Virus record (IMG/VR): IMGVR_UViG_3300042731_009106
Coordinates: 64,001-128,000 of that record
Source of the DNA: a virus
Strand: one strand, 5' to 3'
DNA: 64,000 nucleotides
Below the pieces are notes generated by a model, which worked only from the letters and a program-made list of their open reading frames with translations, ran no database searches and was not told the origin of the DNA. Below are positions 10,681-19,333 of this stretch, one piece after another. The translations under genes and the position numbers were made by a program. Position 1 is the first letter of the stretch, and each line of letters starts with the position of its first letter.

Positions 10681-12346
10681 AAAATTAACTGTTGTTACAG
10701 GTATCTGGGACCTAAAGCGTGAAGATGCTGGCGAAGGTTTTCAGAGGGTATTTTCTCATTACATAAAGCATTTTCAAAAGCTTCTGGCTAGTGATTATAA
10801 TTTAGTTATTTTCATTGATCCCAAACATGAACACGTGGTATGGGATTCGGGCAGATCTAAAGAAAATACTTTTATAATTCATAAGCCAAGCGAATCCTTT
10901 CGAACTGACTTTCCTTTTTATGATTTAGTTAACGAGATAAGGCACAAGCCTGAATGGTTAGATCAAGTTGGCTGGCTAAAAGATAGCACTCAAGCCACTT
11001 TAGATCTATACAACCCAATGGTAATGTCTAAAATGTTCATGCTGAATGATGCATGCCTACATAATCCTTTTGGTAGTGAATATTTTATTTGGATTGATGG
11101 CGGTATAACTAATACTGTTCATGAAGGTTATTTTACTCATGATAAAGTGTTGGATAAAATTGATCAGTTTATAAATAAATTTCTATTTGTTTCTTTTCCA
11201 TATCCCGATGGCCCTGAAATTCATGGTTTTTCTCGTTCAGGAATGCAGTCTTACTGTGACGAAGATCCTCAGTATGTCTGCAGGGGAGGTATCTTCGGTG
11301 GGCATAAAGACTTTATAGCGGAAGCTAATGCTACTTATTATTATTTATTATTTAATTCTTTGACTGCTGGCTACATGGGCACGGAAGAAAGTATATTTAC
11401 TATAATGTCTCACAAAGAGCCTAGTAAATACTCTCGCTTTGAACTTAAAACTGAAGACGCTGGACTACTGTCTCCTTTTTTTGAAGTTCTTAAAAATCAC
11501 AATACCCTAGAGGTCCCAAAATTATCTAAACCTGTATCCAATAAGTGTTCTTTATATGTTTTAACGTTTAACTCTCCAGATCAATTTTCAAAACTTATAC
11601 AATCTTTTAAACAGGTTCCAAACTTCTTTGATTTAGTAGACAAGTATGTCTTAGATAACTCTACAGATAGTTCAGTTTTTGAGATCAACCAAAAAATAGC
11701 TGATGACAACGGGTTTACTTTAATTAAAAAAGATAACATAGGTATTTGCGGGGGTAGACAATTTATTGCTGAGCATTTCGCTGAAACAGATTCTGAGTAT
11801 ATGTTATTTTTTGAGGATGATATGTTCTTAAACCCACCTAGTGCTTCTGGCTTTTGCAAAAATGGCTTTCGTCAATACGTTGAAGATTTGCTACCCAAAA
11901 GCTTAAGGATAATGAATAAGCATAAATTTGACTTCCTCAAGCTGTGTTTTACGGAATTTTTTGGAGACAATAGAACTCAATGGTCTTGGTATAATGTACC
12001 TCAAGATGTTAGAGAAAAATACTGGCCTAATTACAACCAACTACCAGAGCATGGCTTGGACCCAAATGCTCCACTATTATCTTTTGGCGAAATGGGGTTT
12101 GAAGACGGCTTGACATTTCTTACTGGAGAGATTTACTATGCTAATTGGCCTCAAATAGTAAGCCAAGAAGGTAGTCGAAAAATGTTTCTCGACACCACTT
12201 GGGCCCATCCTTATGAGCAGACATGGATGTCTCACATATATCAAGAAACTAAGAGTGGTAACATCAAGCCAGCTATTCTATTAGCCACGCCAATTACTCA
12301 TGACAGGTTTGTTCATTACGATCAATCACAAAGGGTAGAAAGTTGA
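10667..12346 (+). CDS. HtrL/YibB-like domain fused to GT2-like domain
   Basis: TVVTGIWDL, SKMFML-YFIWIDGG, GTEESIFT; C-terminal NIGICGGRQF-FFEDD. Likely start ATG 10667 rather than 10517. Confidence 0.7.
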   Translation: MTSNKKLTVVTGIWDLKREDAGEGFQRVFSHYIKHFQKLLASDYNLVIFIDPKHEHVVWDSGRSKENTFIIHKPSESFRTDFPFYDLVNEIRHKPEWLDQVGWLKDSTQATLDLYNPMVMSKMFMLNDACLHNPFGSEYFIWIDGGITNTVHEGYFTHDKVLDKIDQFINKFLFVSFPYPDGPEIHGFSRSGMQSYCDEDPQYVCRGGIFGGHKDFIAEANATYYYLLFNSLTAGYMGTEESIFTIMSHKEPSKYSRFELKTEDAGLLSPFFEVLKNHNTLEVPKLSKPVSNKCSLYVLTFNSPDQFSKLIQSFKQVPNFFDLVDKYVLDNSTDSSVFEINQKIADDNGFTLIKKDNIGICGGRQFIAEHFAETDSEYMLFFEDDMFLNPPSASGFCKNGFRQYVEDLLPKSLRIMNKHKFDFLKLCFTEFFGDNRTQWSWYNVPQDVREKYWPNYNQLPEHGLDPNAPLLSFGEMGFEDGLTFLTGEIYYANWPQIVSQEGSRKMFLDTTWAHPYEQTWMSHIYQETKSGNIKPAILLATPITHDRFVHYDQSQRVES

Positions 12347-12753
12347 AATTTAAAACCTTAACTGGTTCTGTGCGCAAGGTTATTGGCGTACAAAAATACA
12401 GAATTGACTGGGAAGGCAAAAGTAAAAGCAAGTTTCAGCAGTCGGTGAAAATATTTCTTCAAGAATACTGGGAAAGGCATGTTGTATTTGAGGAGTTTCC
12501 TGTCGCAGGTACTCGCATGACTTTTGATTTTTATAATGCCAATGAAAAGGTAGCCATTGAAGTACAAGGCGGTCAACACACAAAGTATGTACCTTTCTTT
12601 CATGGTGGCTACAAGAATAATTACTTAATGCAATTAAAAAGAGATCACCAAAAGCATGACTTCTGTGAATTGAATGATATAAAGCTAGTAGAAATATACG
12701 AAAAAGATAAATTATCAAAAGATCTTTTTAAAAAGCTAGACATTTTGTTGTGA
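12343..12753 (+). CDS. DUF559/Vsr-like PD-(D/E)XK endonuclease
   Basis: EEFPV-FDFY-AIEVQGGQH. Confidence 0.7.
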   Translation: MKFKTLTGSVRKVIGVQKYRIDWEGKSKSKFQQSVKIFLQEYWERHVVFEEFPVAGTRMTFDFYNANEKVAIEVQGGQHTKYVPFFHGGYKNNYLMQLKRDHQKHDFCELNDIKLVEIYEKDKLSKDLFKKLDILL

Positions 12754-12756
12754 GTA

Positions 12757-12762
12757 GTGTAA
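12757..12762 (+). promoter_or_regulatory. GTGTAW phage motif
   Basis: GTGTA ends 10 nt before ATG 12772. Confidence 0.65.
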
Positions 12763-12771
12763 TATATATAA

Positions 12772-13032
12772 ATGCAAGAAATTGACCCAGACAACTTAGG
12801 TAGCTTTCAAATCCCAGCGGATGTCCTAGATAAACTTTATGAGTTTACTGGCGGACCTTCAGATCAATCTAAAGGTTTCATCCTAGCATATACAGATCAA
12901 AAAGGCGACCCAATGGTCTATTGCAGGGCTGGAACTCAAATCATAGATATGGGAATCCGCAAAGCTTTAGAGAAGTATCTAATAGAAATTGAAAGCGTTG
13001 ATAGTCCATACGATATGGGCGAAGATCAATAA
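12772..13032 (+). CDS. Small acidic hypothetical protein
   Basis: 86 aa ORF. Confidence 0.75.
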   Translation: MQEIDPDNLGSFQIPADVLDKLYEFTGGPSDQSKGFILAYTDQKGDPMVYCRAGTQIIDMGIRKALEKYLIEIESVDSPYDMGEDQ

Positions 13033-13038
13033 TTTCTC

Positions 13039-13069
13039 TTGACTTAAGGCTATCTTTGTAGTAAGATAG
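13039..13069 (+). promoter_or_regulatory. Sigma70-like promoter with inverted repeat over -10
   Basis: TTGACT-17-TAAGAT; CTATCTT-6-AAGATAG inverted repeat 13050..13069. Confidence 0.7.
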
Positions 13070-13081
13070 TCAAAATAAATT

Positions 13082-14599
13082 ATGAGTAAGACTAAATCAT
13101 TTGAAGTAGAGCGTCAGTTTTTGGCAACATTAATCAACCATCCAGATAGCTACGCTGACATCGCACAATTTATTAACGAGAAAGATTTTTGCGCAGAAAA
13201 TACAAAGGTAAATCGCACAATTTTTTCTATTCTCAAAAGGTCTCTTGATACAGGTCAAGCTCTAGATCATGTACTTCTAACAGAGAGAGTGCTATCTTTG
13301 GGTGGCTCTTTTAAAGATAACATTAATGTAAGTGATTATATTCAAGCTCTCTCAATGAGAAAGACTAAACCTTCTTCTTTAGTTGGCTTAGCGCAAGAGT
13401 TAAAGAATTTTACCTTCAGAAGGTCTAGCATACAAGCTTTTAGCGAGGCTATTCAATATCTACAAACAGAATCTATGGAAACTCCATTCACTGGTGTAGT
13501 TGATCATGTAGATAAAAAATTCCACGAGACAGTTAATGTTTATGACAATGGAGTTTCTAGTCCAGAAGATTTATTTGCCGACATGGAAGAATGGGTTGTG
13601 GAAAGAGGTAACAATCCTGTAGACGAGTTTGGTTTAAAAGGTCCCCACAAAAGAATGCATGAATTATATGGTTCGGTCCTTAGGCCCGGAAACATAACTT
13701 GTATTACAGCTAGATCAGGAGTTGGTAAGACTCAATTTTGCTTAGACTTTGTTCTTAAAGCTTCCATTTTAAATGGTGGTACTCCAGTCTTGCATTTCGA
13801 CAACGGAGAAATGAGCAAGGAAGAGCTTCAAGGTAGATTATGTTCTGCATTATCTGGAGTTCCTTTGCATTTAATTGAGACAGGTAAATGGAAAACCGAT
13901 CAAGATGCTATAAATAAAATTTCTGCGGTTTGGCCTAAAGTCAAAAATTATAATTTACATTATTTTAATGTCGCTGGAATGAATGTTGATATGATGGTCA
14001 GCATAGTGAAACGTTTTTATTATGCCAAGGTGGGTAGAGGTAAAGAGATGATATTAAATTTTGATTACATTAAAACTACTTCCGAAAAAATGGGCAATAA
14101 AAACGAATGGCAAGTTGTTGGAGAGATGGTAGACAAGTTTAAGCAATTAATTTCTCATGGAATTACATTTGACGGAAAGCCCATGGTTACAATGATGACT
14201 AGTGTTCAAACGAATCGACAAGGAATATCCACAAATCGTACTACCGAAAATATTGTAGAGGACGAAAGTATAATATCTTTGTCTGATAGAATTATTCAAT
14301 TTGTTTCACACTTATTTTTCTTGCGCCCTAAAAACGCTCAAGAGATGTCCGACTTTCCAGATTTCGGCACACATAAATTAACTTGCTTAAAATCTAGATT
14401 CCTTGGCTCCAATCCAATTAGGGCAACAGAATATGTCAGGGTTCCAGATAGCACCAACATGGTTAAGAATGCTTTATTTTTTACTCTATCAAATTTTTGT
14501 GCTACGGAAATAGGAGATCTTGTTGACTGTTATGCAGACATGGAAGCAAGGGCTGACTTAAATCCTGATCACAGAGACAATCAGCTACCTAATATATGA
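13082..14599 (+). CDS. dnaB: DnaB-like replicative helicase
   Basis: ERQFLATL N-domain, Walker A TARSGVGKT, FDNGEMS, LNFDYI. Confidence 0.92.
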   Translation: MSKTKSFEVERQFLATLINHPDSYADIAQFINEKDFCAENTKVNRTIFSILKRSLDTGQALDHVLLTERVLSLGGSFKDNINVSDYIQALSMRKTKPSSLVGLAQELKNFTFRRSSIQAFSEAIQYLQTESMETPFTGVVDHVDKKFHETVNVYDNGVSSPEDLFADMEEWVVERGNNPVDEFGLKGPHKRMHELYGSVLRPGNITCITARSGVGKTQFCLDFVLKASILNGGTPVLHFDNGEMSKEELQGRLCSALSGVPLHLIETGKWKTDQDAINKISAVWPKVKNYNLHYFNVAGMNVDMMVSIVKRFYYAKVGRGKEMILNFDYIKTTSEKMGNKNEWQVVGEMVDKFKQLISHGITFDGKPMVTMMTSVQTNRQGISTNRTTENIVEDESIISLSDRIIQFVSHLFFLRPKNAQEMSDFPDFGTHKLTCLKSRFLGSNPIRATEYVRVPDSTNMVKNALFFTLSNFCATEIGDLVDCYADMEARADLNPDHRDNQLPNI

Positions 14600-15654
14600 T
14601 AAACTCAGACAGAATCAAAGAAATATTAGAAGAGTTAGGTTACAAGCTATCCGATAAAGGTTCTTATTGGCAGTGTGCGGCTTTGTACAGAAATGGCGAC
14701 AACCAAACTGCACTACAAATCTATAAAGACACAGGAGCTTGGAAAGACTATGTTAAAGGCACTAACTTCATGTCCTTCAAACAGTTATTAGTATTAACTC
14801 TTAATAGCAATGACCCAGATGTTTTAAAAAAATACCTTGATCCTTCAGCAATTACTTTTCTTCAAACAAAATCTAAAGCAAAAGAAGAGAAAATTGAATC
14901 CGAAGACATATACCCACCATCATTATTAGACAACCTATTCCCTCATTACAAATTTTATAATGATAGAGGGATCGATGATGAAGTTCTTGAGCTTCTTAAA
15001 GGTGGGCTAGCTACTAAAGGTCAAATGTATCAAAGGTTTGTTTTCCCTATCTTCAATGAGTACGGTCAAATTCATGGATTTTCAGGCAGGGACATGTCAG
15101 GCAAAGAAGGCAAGCCCAAATGGAAGCACATGGGGAGAAAAACTAACTGGGTTTACCCAGCATTCATTCCTGAAGCTAATGGAAAATCTTTATTTGAAAA
15201 TATAGATACTACTTCTATTATCATAGTGGAAAGTATTGGTGACTGTCTCTCTTTATTGCAAAGAGGGTATAAAAATGTTCTAGTTTCTTTTGGCTTAGAC
15301 TTATCCTCTAAAGTCATGTGTTCTTTAATTAGGTTTAATGTGGATAAAGTTTATCTATCATTTAATAATGATTCTGGTAAAGATGACAATAGGGGAATGA
15401 ATGCCTGTGTTAAAAGTTATTTAAAACTTTTAAATTTCTTTGATAAAGATTCTATCAAAATATGTCTACCAATAAAAAATGACTTTGGAGATATGAATGA
15501 TAGCGACTTCTCGAAATGGAAAGATAAAATGAATTTTATCGACGAAAACGATCAAGTTCCAAAAATTATTAGTTTCGCAAAAAAATTAAAAAAACAAAAC
15601 GGCTTATCCAAGACATTAATAAAACAACTCCAATCTATCGATGAAGAAACATGA
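14596..15654 (+). CDS. dnaG: DNA primase (TOPRIM)
   Basis: RFVFPIFNEYGQIHGFSGR, PKWKH, IIVESIGD, FNND. Confidence 0.85.
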   Translation: MINSDRIKEILEELGYKLSDKGSYWQCAALYRNGDNQTALQIYKDTGAWKDYVKGTNFMSFKQLLVLTLNSNDPDVLKKYLDPSAITFLQTKSKAKEEKIESEDIYPPSLLDNLFPHYKFYNDRGIDDEVLELLKGGLATKGQMYQRFVFPIFNEYGQIHGFSGRDMSGKEGKPKWKHMGRKTNWVYPAFIPEANGKSLFENIDTTSIIIVESIGDCLSLLQRGYKNVLVSFGLDLSSKVMCSLIRFNVDKVYLSFNNDSGKDDNRGMNACVKSYLKLLNFFDKDSIKICLPIKNDFGDMNDSDFSKWKDKMNFIDENDQVPKIISFAKKLKKQNGLSKTLIKQLQSIDEET

Positions 15655-16732
15655 ATCAGCCTTATCTGCAAGTAGGATAAAGACCCTACAAATGTGCTCT
15701 TGGAAATATTGGGGCAATTACAAATTAAAACTTCCTGATAAATCTAACGATGGTGCTAGTCGAGGTTGGATATGTCACTTAATATTTGAATTACTTGGTG
15801 AAGAAAGACATAGACATCATTACGACAAGATCATAACCAAAGGCTCAATTTTTGCTAGTAAAGCCATATCTAAATTAGTTTTGTACCATGCTAGAAAACT
15901 CAATGTCGATGATGATGAAAATTTACAACTGATAGACGACATGACAGTCAACGGGTTGCATTATGATTTTTTTGGCGGAGATGACTACAATCCTACTGAG
16001 GCTATATCTGAAGAAGCTTTTGACATTGAAGTTGAAACAGAAGACTTTTCTTATCGGATTAAAGGTTTTATTGATAAGTTATTTTTATATGAAGATCAAT
16101 CCTATGCTTTAATTAGGGACTTTAAAAGTAGCAAGCAAGTTTTTAAAGGTAAAGAAATTACCGACAATCTACAAGACTTAATGTATTCTTTGGCCGTTAA
16201 ACACCTATACCCAAAGTATAAAAAAAGAGAAAGTGAATTTTTATTTTTAAAATTTAATTTAAATAAAGATCTACTGGGTCAATCTGGTAACGGTGTATTA
16301 AAAATGGAACCGCTAACTGATGCGGAACTGGTTGGCTTTCAATACGAATTAACTGAAATACAAAACATTATAGATAATTTTGATGAAGAGCAAGCTCATT
16401 CGAATTTCGCTGGTGCTCAACCCTACCCTTCTGATGGTACGTTTGGAGGGCCCTTGGCATGCGGTAAGGATGGTTATAAAATGAGCAGAGGTCAACCCGT
16501 ACTTGACAAAAATGGCGAACCGATACCCGCTTTTATATGCTCTTTCCGAAAGCCATTTAAATATTACGCACTCAAAAGCGAATCAGGTAAAATTATTAAA
16601 ACAGTCTTTGAAGAAGACTTAAAAACCTTAGAAGATTTAAAATCCGGAGACCAAACTATTGAACTACTTGAATACAAGGGCTGTCCTTATTGGACGCCCT
16701 CAGAATCAGAACATGTAGACTTATTCGATTAA
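15641..16732 (+). CDS. PD-(D/E)XK RecB/Cas4-like exonuclease
   Basis: LSASRIKTLQMCSWKY, IKGFIDKL, IRDFKSS, C-terminal CPYW. Confidence 0.8.
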   Translation: MKKHESALSASRIKTLQMCSWKYWGNYKLKLPDKSNDGASRGWICHLIFELLGEERHRHHYDKIITKGSIFASKAISKLVLYHARKLNVDDDENLQLIDDMTVNGLHYDFFGGDDYNPTEAISEEAFDIEVETEDFSYRIKGFIDKLFLYEDQSYALIRDFKSSKQVFKGKEITDNLQDLMYSLAVKHLYPKYKKRESEFLFLKFNLNKDLLGQSGNGVLKMEPLTDAELVGFQYELTEIQNIIDNFDEEQAHSNFAGAQPYPSDGTFGGPLACGKDGYKMSRGQPVLDKNGEPIPAFICSFRKPFKYYALKSESGKIIKTVFEEDLKTLEDLKSGDQTIELLEYKGCPYWTPSESEHVDLFD

Positions 16733-16735
16733 AAA

Positions 16736-16741
16736 GTGTAA
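16736..16741 (+). promoter_or_regulatory. GTGTAW phage motif
   Basis: GTGTA ends 10 nt before ATG 16751. Confidence 0.65.
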
Positions 16742-16750
16742 TACATTATT

Positions 16751-17746
16751 ATGGTATTCCCTTTTTTAATAATGTTCTCAGCCATTACTTTGGCTGTAGT
16801 TGCTGCATATTTCAGCATAATTGGATTAACTACGATATTTCCCGGTGTTTTCTGGGCTATTGTAATCATGGGAGGCGCTCTAGAAATAGGTAAATTGATT
16901 ACAGCCGTATGGCTACATCGTAACTGGAAAGATGCTAAAAGGTTTCTCAAGTTTTACTTAACTTCCGCTGTATTAATATTGTCAGGTATTACTAGCATGG
17001 GTATCTTTGGTTTCTTGAGTAAGTCTCACATTGAGCAAGAGTCAGGTTCTTATCAGATCACTTCTCAAATAACTCTTCTGGATAAAAAAATGGAATCTAT
17101 AGATTCAAAGAAATCATCTTTAGATTTACAGAAAAAAACTAACGAGCAACTAAAAGCGGATGATTATAAATCTATAGAAAGACTTAATGCTAGATTGTCT
17201 GACCTTGATAACATCATCTCTCAAATTAGGGATCGAGGAGGGTTTTCTGTGAGTAGTAAAATTGAAAAAGAACAACAAAATCAATCTGCCGAACGCTCAA
17301 AGATAGAATCGCAGAAAGAATCAATACAAACACGTCTCGAAGAGTATAGAGTTAAGCTTGAAGAAAAAATATTCCCTTCTCTAGAAGAGCTTGAAGAACA
17401 ATCCCTATCTATTAACTTAGAGAAAGGTAAACTAGAATCCCAATTAAAGACTTTAGAGGCTGAAATTGGTCCAGTAAAATATATAGCTGAACTCGTTTCT
17501 GACTTTGGCGGGCCAGAGGTAGATGCTCAATCAGCCGTGAGGATGGTTATTCTTATTCTGATCTTTGTCTTTGACCCTCTAGCAATTCTGTTAGTTGTAG
17601 CTGCAGCTGCTAGTTTTAAGGATGCTCGTGGAGATGCTTTACCAAAGGATATGTTGGCTTTGAGAGAAAAGCTTATTATCGAACTCGAAATGCATATCGC
17701 TGACGGTAAACCTGTAGATACTTTTATAGAAAAATATAAATTCTAA
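16751..17746 (+). CDS. Membrane-anchored coiled-coil protein (DUF4407-like)
   Basis: N-terminal TM helices, long coiled coil, GPVKY, C-terminal LIFVFDPLAILL. Confidence 0.7.
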   Translation: MVFPFLIMFSAITLAVVAAYFSIIGLTTIFPGVFWAIVIMGGALEIGKLITAVWLHRNWKDAKRFLKFYLTSAVLILSGITSMGIFGFLSKSHIEQESGSYQITSQITLLDKKMESIDSKKSSLDLQKKTNEQLKADDYKSIERLNARLSDLDNIISQIRDRGGFSVSSKIEKEQQNQSAERSKIESQKESIQTRLEEYRVKLEEKIFPSLEELEEQSLSINLEKGKLESQLKTLEAEIGPVKYIAELVSDFGGPEVDAQSAVRMVILILIFVFDPLAILLVVAAAASFKDARGDALPKDMLALREKLIIELEMHIADGKPVDTFIEKYKF

Positions 17747-17747
17747 C

Positions 17748-17776
17748 TTGACTTATTCCTATTATAATGCTATCAT
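17748..17776 (+). promoter_or_regulatory. Sigma70-like promoter
   Basis: TTGACT-17-TATCAT with TGn extension; ATG 7 nt downstream. Confidence 0.75.
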
Positions 17777-17782
17777 GTAAAG

Positions 17783-18532
17783 ATGATCGCATTATTCAAG
17801 AGTCACTACTCTATAGGTAAATCAATTCTGACCCTAGACCACCCAGATAAAGTTAAGGAAGGTGGTTCAGATAGTATATTTAATATAACCCAAGGAGCCA
17901 ACCAAGTTGTTTTAGTAGAAGATAGCTTGGTTGGTTTTTTGCAAGCCCAAAAAACTGCTGAGTCGTTGGGTGTTCAATTGATCTTTGGTTTAAAAATGAA
18001 CTGCTCCCATGAAGCCGTTGATGATGATGGTCAATATTGCTCGCATAAGATCATCATCTTCGCTAAGAATGATAAAGGTTGCAAGCTATTAAATTCCATA
18101 TACTCAGATGCATTTTGCAACAACGAAGGGACATTAATTCTCTCAAAACTAAAAAACATGTGGGACGAAGATGCTCTTTCTATGGCTGTGCCTTTTTACG
18201 ATTCATTCATATTTATGAATAGTATGCATTTTTGTAACTGCATACCAGATTTTAGTTATTGCAAACCAACTTTTTTCATTGAAAGCAATGATTTACCTTT
18301 TGATGATTTCATTAAAAACAAAGTTATCGACTACTGTAAAACATTTAATTATGACCATGAAATGACCAAGTCTATTTATTACAAGAACCGCTCTGACTTT
18401 GAGGCTTACCAAACCTACAAATGTATTTGTAGTAAAAAATTCAAACAAAGAACTTTAGCAGTTCCAAATTTCGATCACTTAGGTAGTCCAGAATTTTGCT
18501 ACGAAAGTTTTCTAGAACATCAAAATAATTAA
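17783..18532 (+). CDS. Stand-alone PHP domain of Pol III alpha type
   Basis: FKSHYSIGKSIL, LIFGLKM, IIIFAKNDKGCKLLN-YS resemble the DnaE N-terminus. Confidence 0.75.
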   Translation: MIALFKSHYSIGKSILTLDHPDKVKEGGSDSIFNITQGANQVVLVEDSLVGFLQAQKTAESLGVQLIFGLKMNCSHEAVDDDGQYCSHKIIIFAKNDKGCKLLNSIYSDAFCNNEGTLILSKLKNMWDEDALSMAVPFYDSFIFMNSMHFCNCIPDFSYCKPTFFIESNDLPFDDFIKNKVIDYCKTFNYDHEMTKSIYYKNRSDFEAYQTYKCICSKKFKQRTLAVPNFDHLGSPEFCYESFLEHQNN

Positions 18533-18534
18533 TC

Positions 18535-18711
18535 ATGAATAAAAAAACAGCCATCAAAATAAAAAGAGCAATGAACTATTCTGATACTGCAGAACAAAAA
18601 AGAGTTTACAATGCCATCAAAAAACAGTATAATGGTCTCTCTGCTAAAGAAAAGAATCAATTAATTATAGACTTAGAAAAAACTTTTAATAATGAACGAG
18701 AATCTTCTTAG
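18535..18711 (+). CDS. Small hypothetical protein (58 aa, below ORF-track cutoff)
   Basis: MNKKTAIKIKRAMNY...ERESS; fills the gap between PHP and exonuclease genes. Confidence 0.65.
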   Translation: MNKKTAIKIKRAMNYSDTAEQKRVYNAIKKQYNGLSAKEKNQLIIDLEKTFNNERESS

Positions 18712-19333
18712 ATTTAACAAAAAACAAAAATATATATTTTTCGATTTTGAAACTTGCTGCCTAAACCTAGGTTCTCTCGACAATAAGCCTTGGCAATTAG
18801 GTTTTATTGTAATTGAGAATGGTAGAGTTGTTAAGAAAAAAGACTATTGGATACAATGGCCTGACTTAAAAATGACAGCAGCAGCAGCTAAAATGACAGG
18901 GTGGACAAAAGCAAAATACGACAAGAAAGCTACAGATGCAAAATCTATCCTTGCCGAATTTGAACATTACCTATACAATAAAGATTATATAAATGTTGGC
19001 CACAACATTCTTGGTTTTGATATTTATGTTCATGGTATATACAGAAGGTGCTTGGGCCTTAAACCTGATTATTCTTATGTTTATAGATCTATTGATACCT
19101 TGTGTTTAGCTAAAGCTATTAAAAATGACATAAAATTTGATAGAGATGATAATCTTTTTAGCTGGCAATACAGACTCAACAACATGATTGACAGAAAGTC
19201 TAAGAAAAAATTAATAGATTTATGCAAAGATTATGATATTAAAATTGATGAAAACAAATTGCATGATGCAATGTACGACATCGAACAAAATTACGAAGTA
19301 TTTAAAAAAATGTTATGGGAGGTAAATATATAA
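18692..19333 (+). CDS. dnaQ: DEDDh 3'-5' exonuclease (DnaQ/epsilon-like)
   Basis: FFDFET, GHNILGFD, IDTL, LHDAMYD. Confidence 0.85.
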   Translation: MNENLLRFNKKQKYIFFDFETCCLNLGSLDNKPWQLGFIVIENGRVVKKKDYWIQWPDLKMTAAAAKMTGWTKAKYDKKATDAKSILAEFEHYLYNKDYINVGHNILGFDIYVHGIYRRCLGLKPDYSYVYRSIDTLCLAKAIKNDIKFDRDDNLFSWQYRLNNMIDRKSKKKLIDLCKDYDIKIDENKLHDAMYDIEQNYEVFKKMLWEVNI

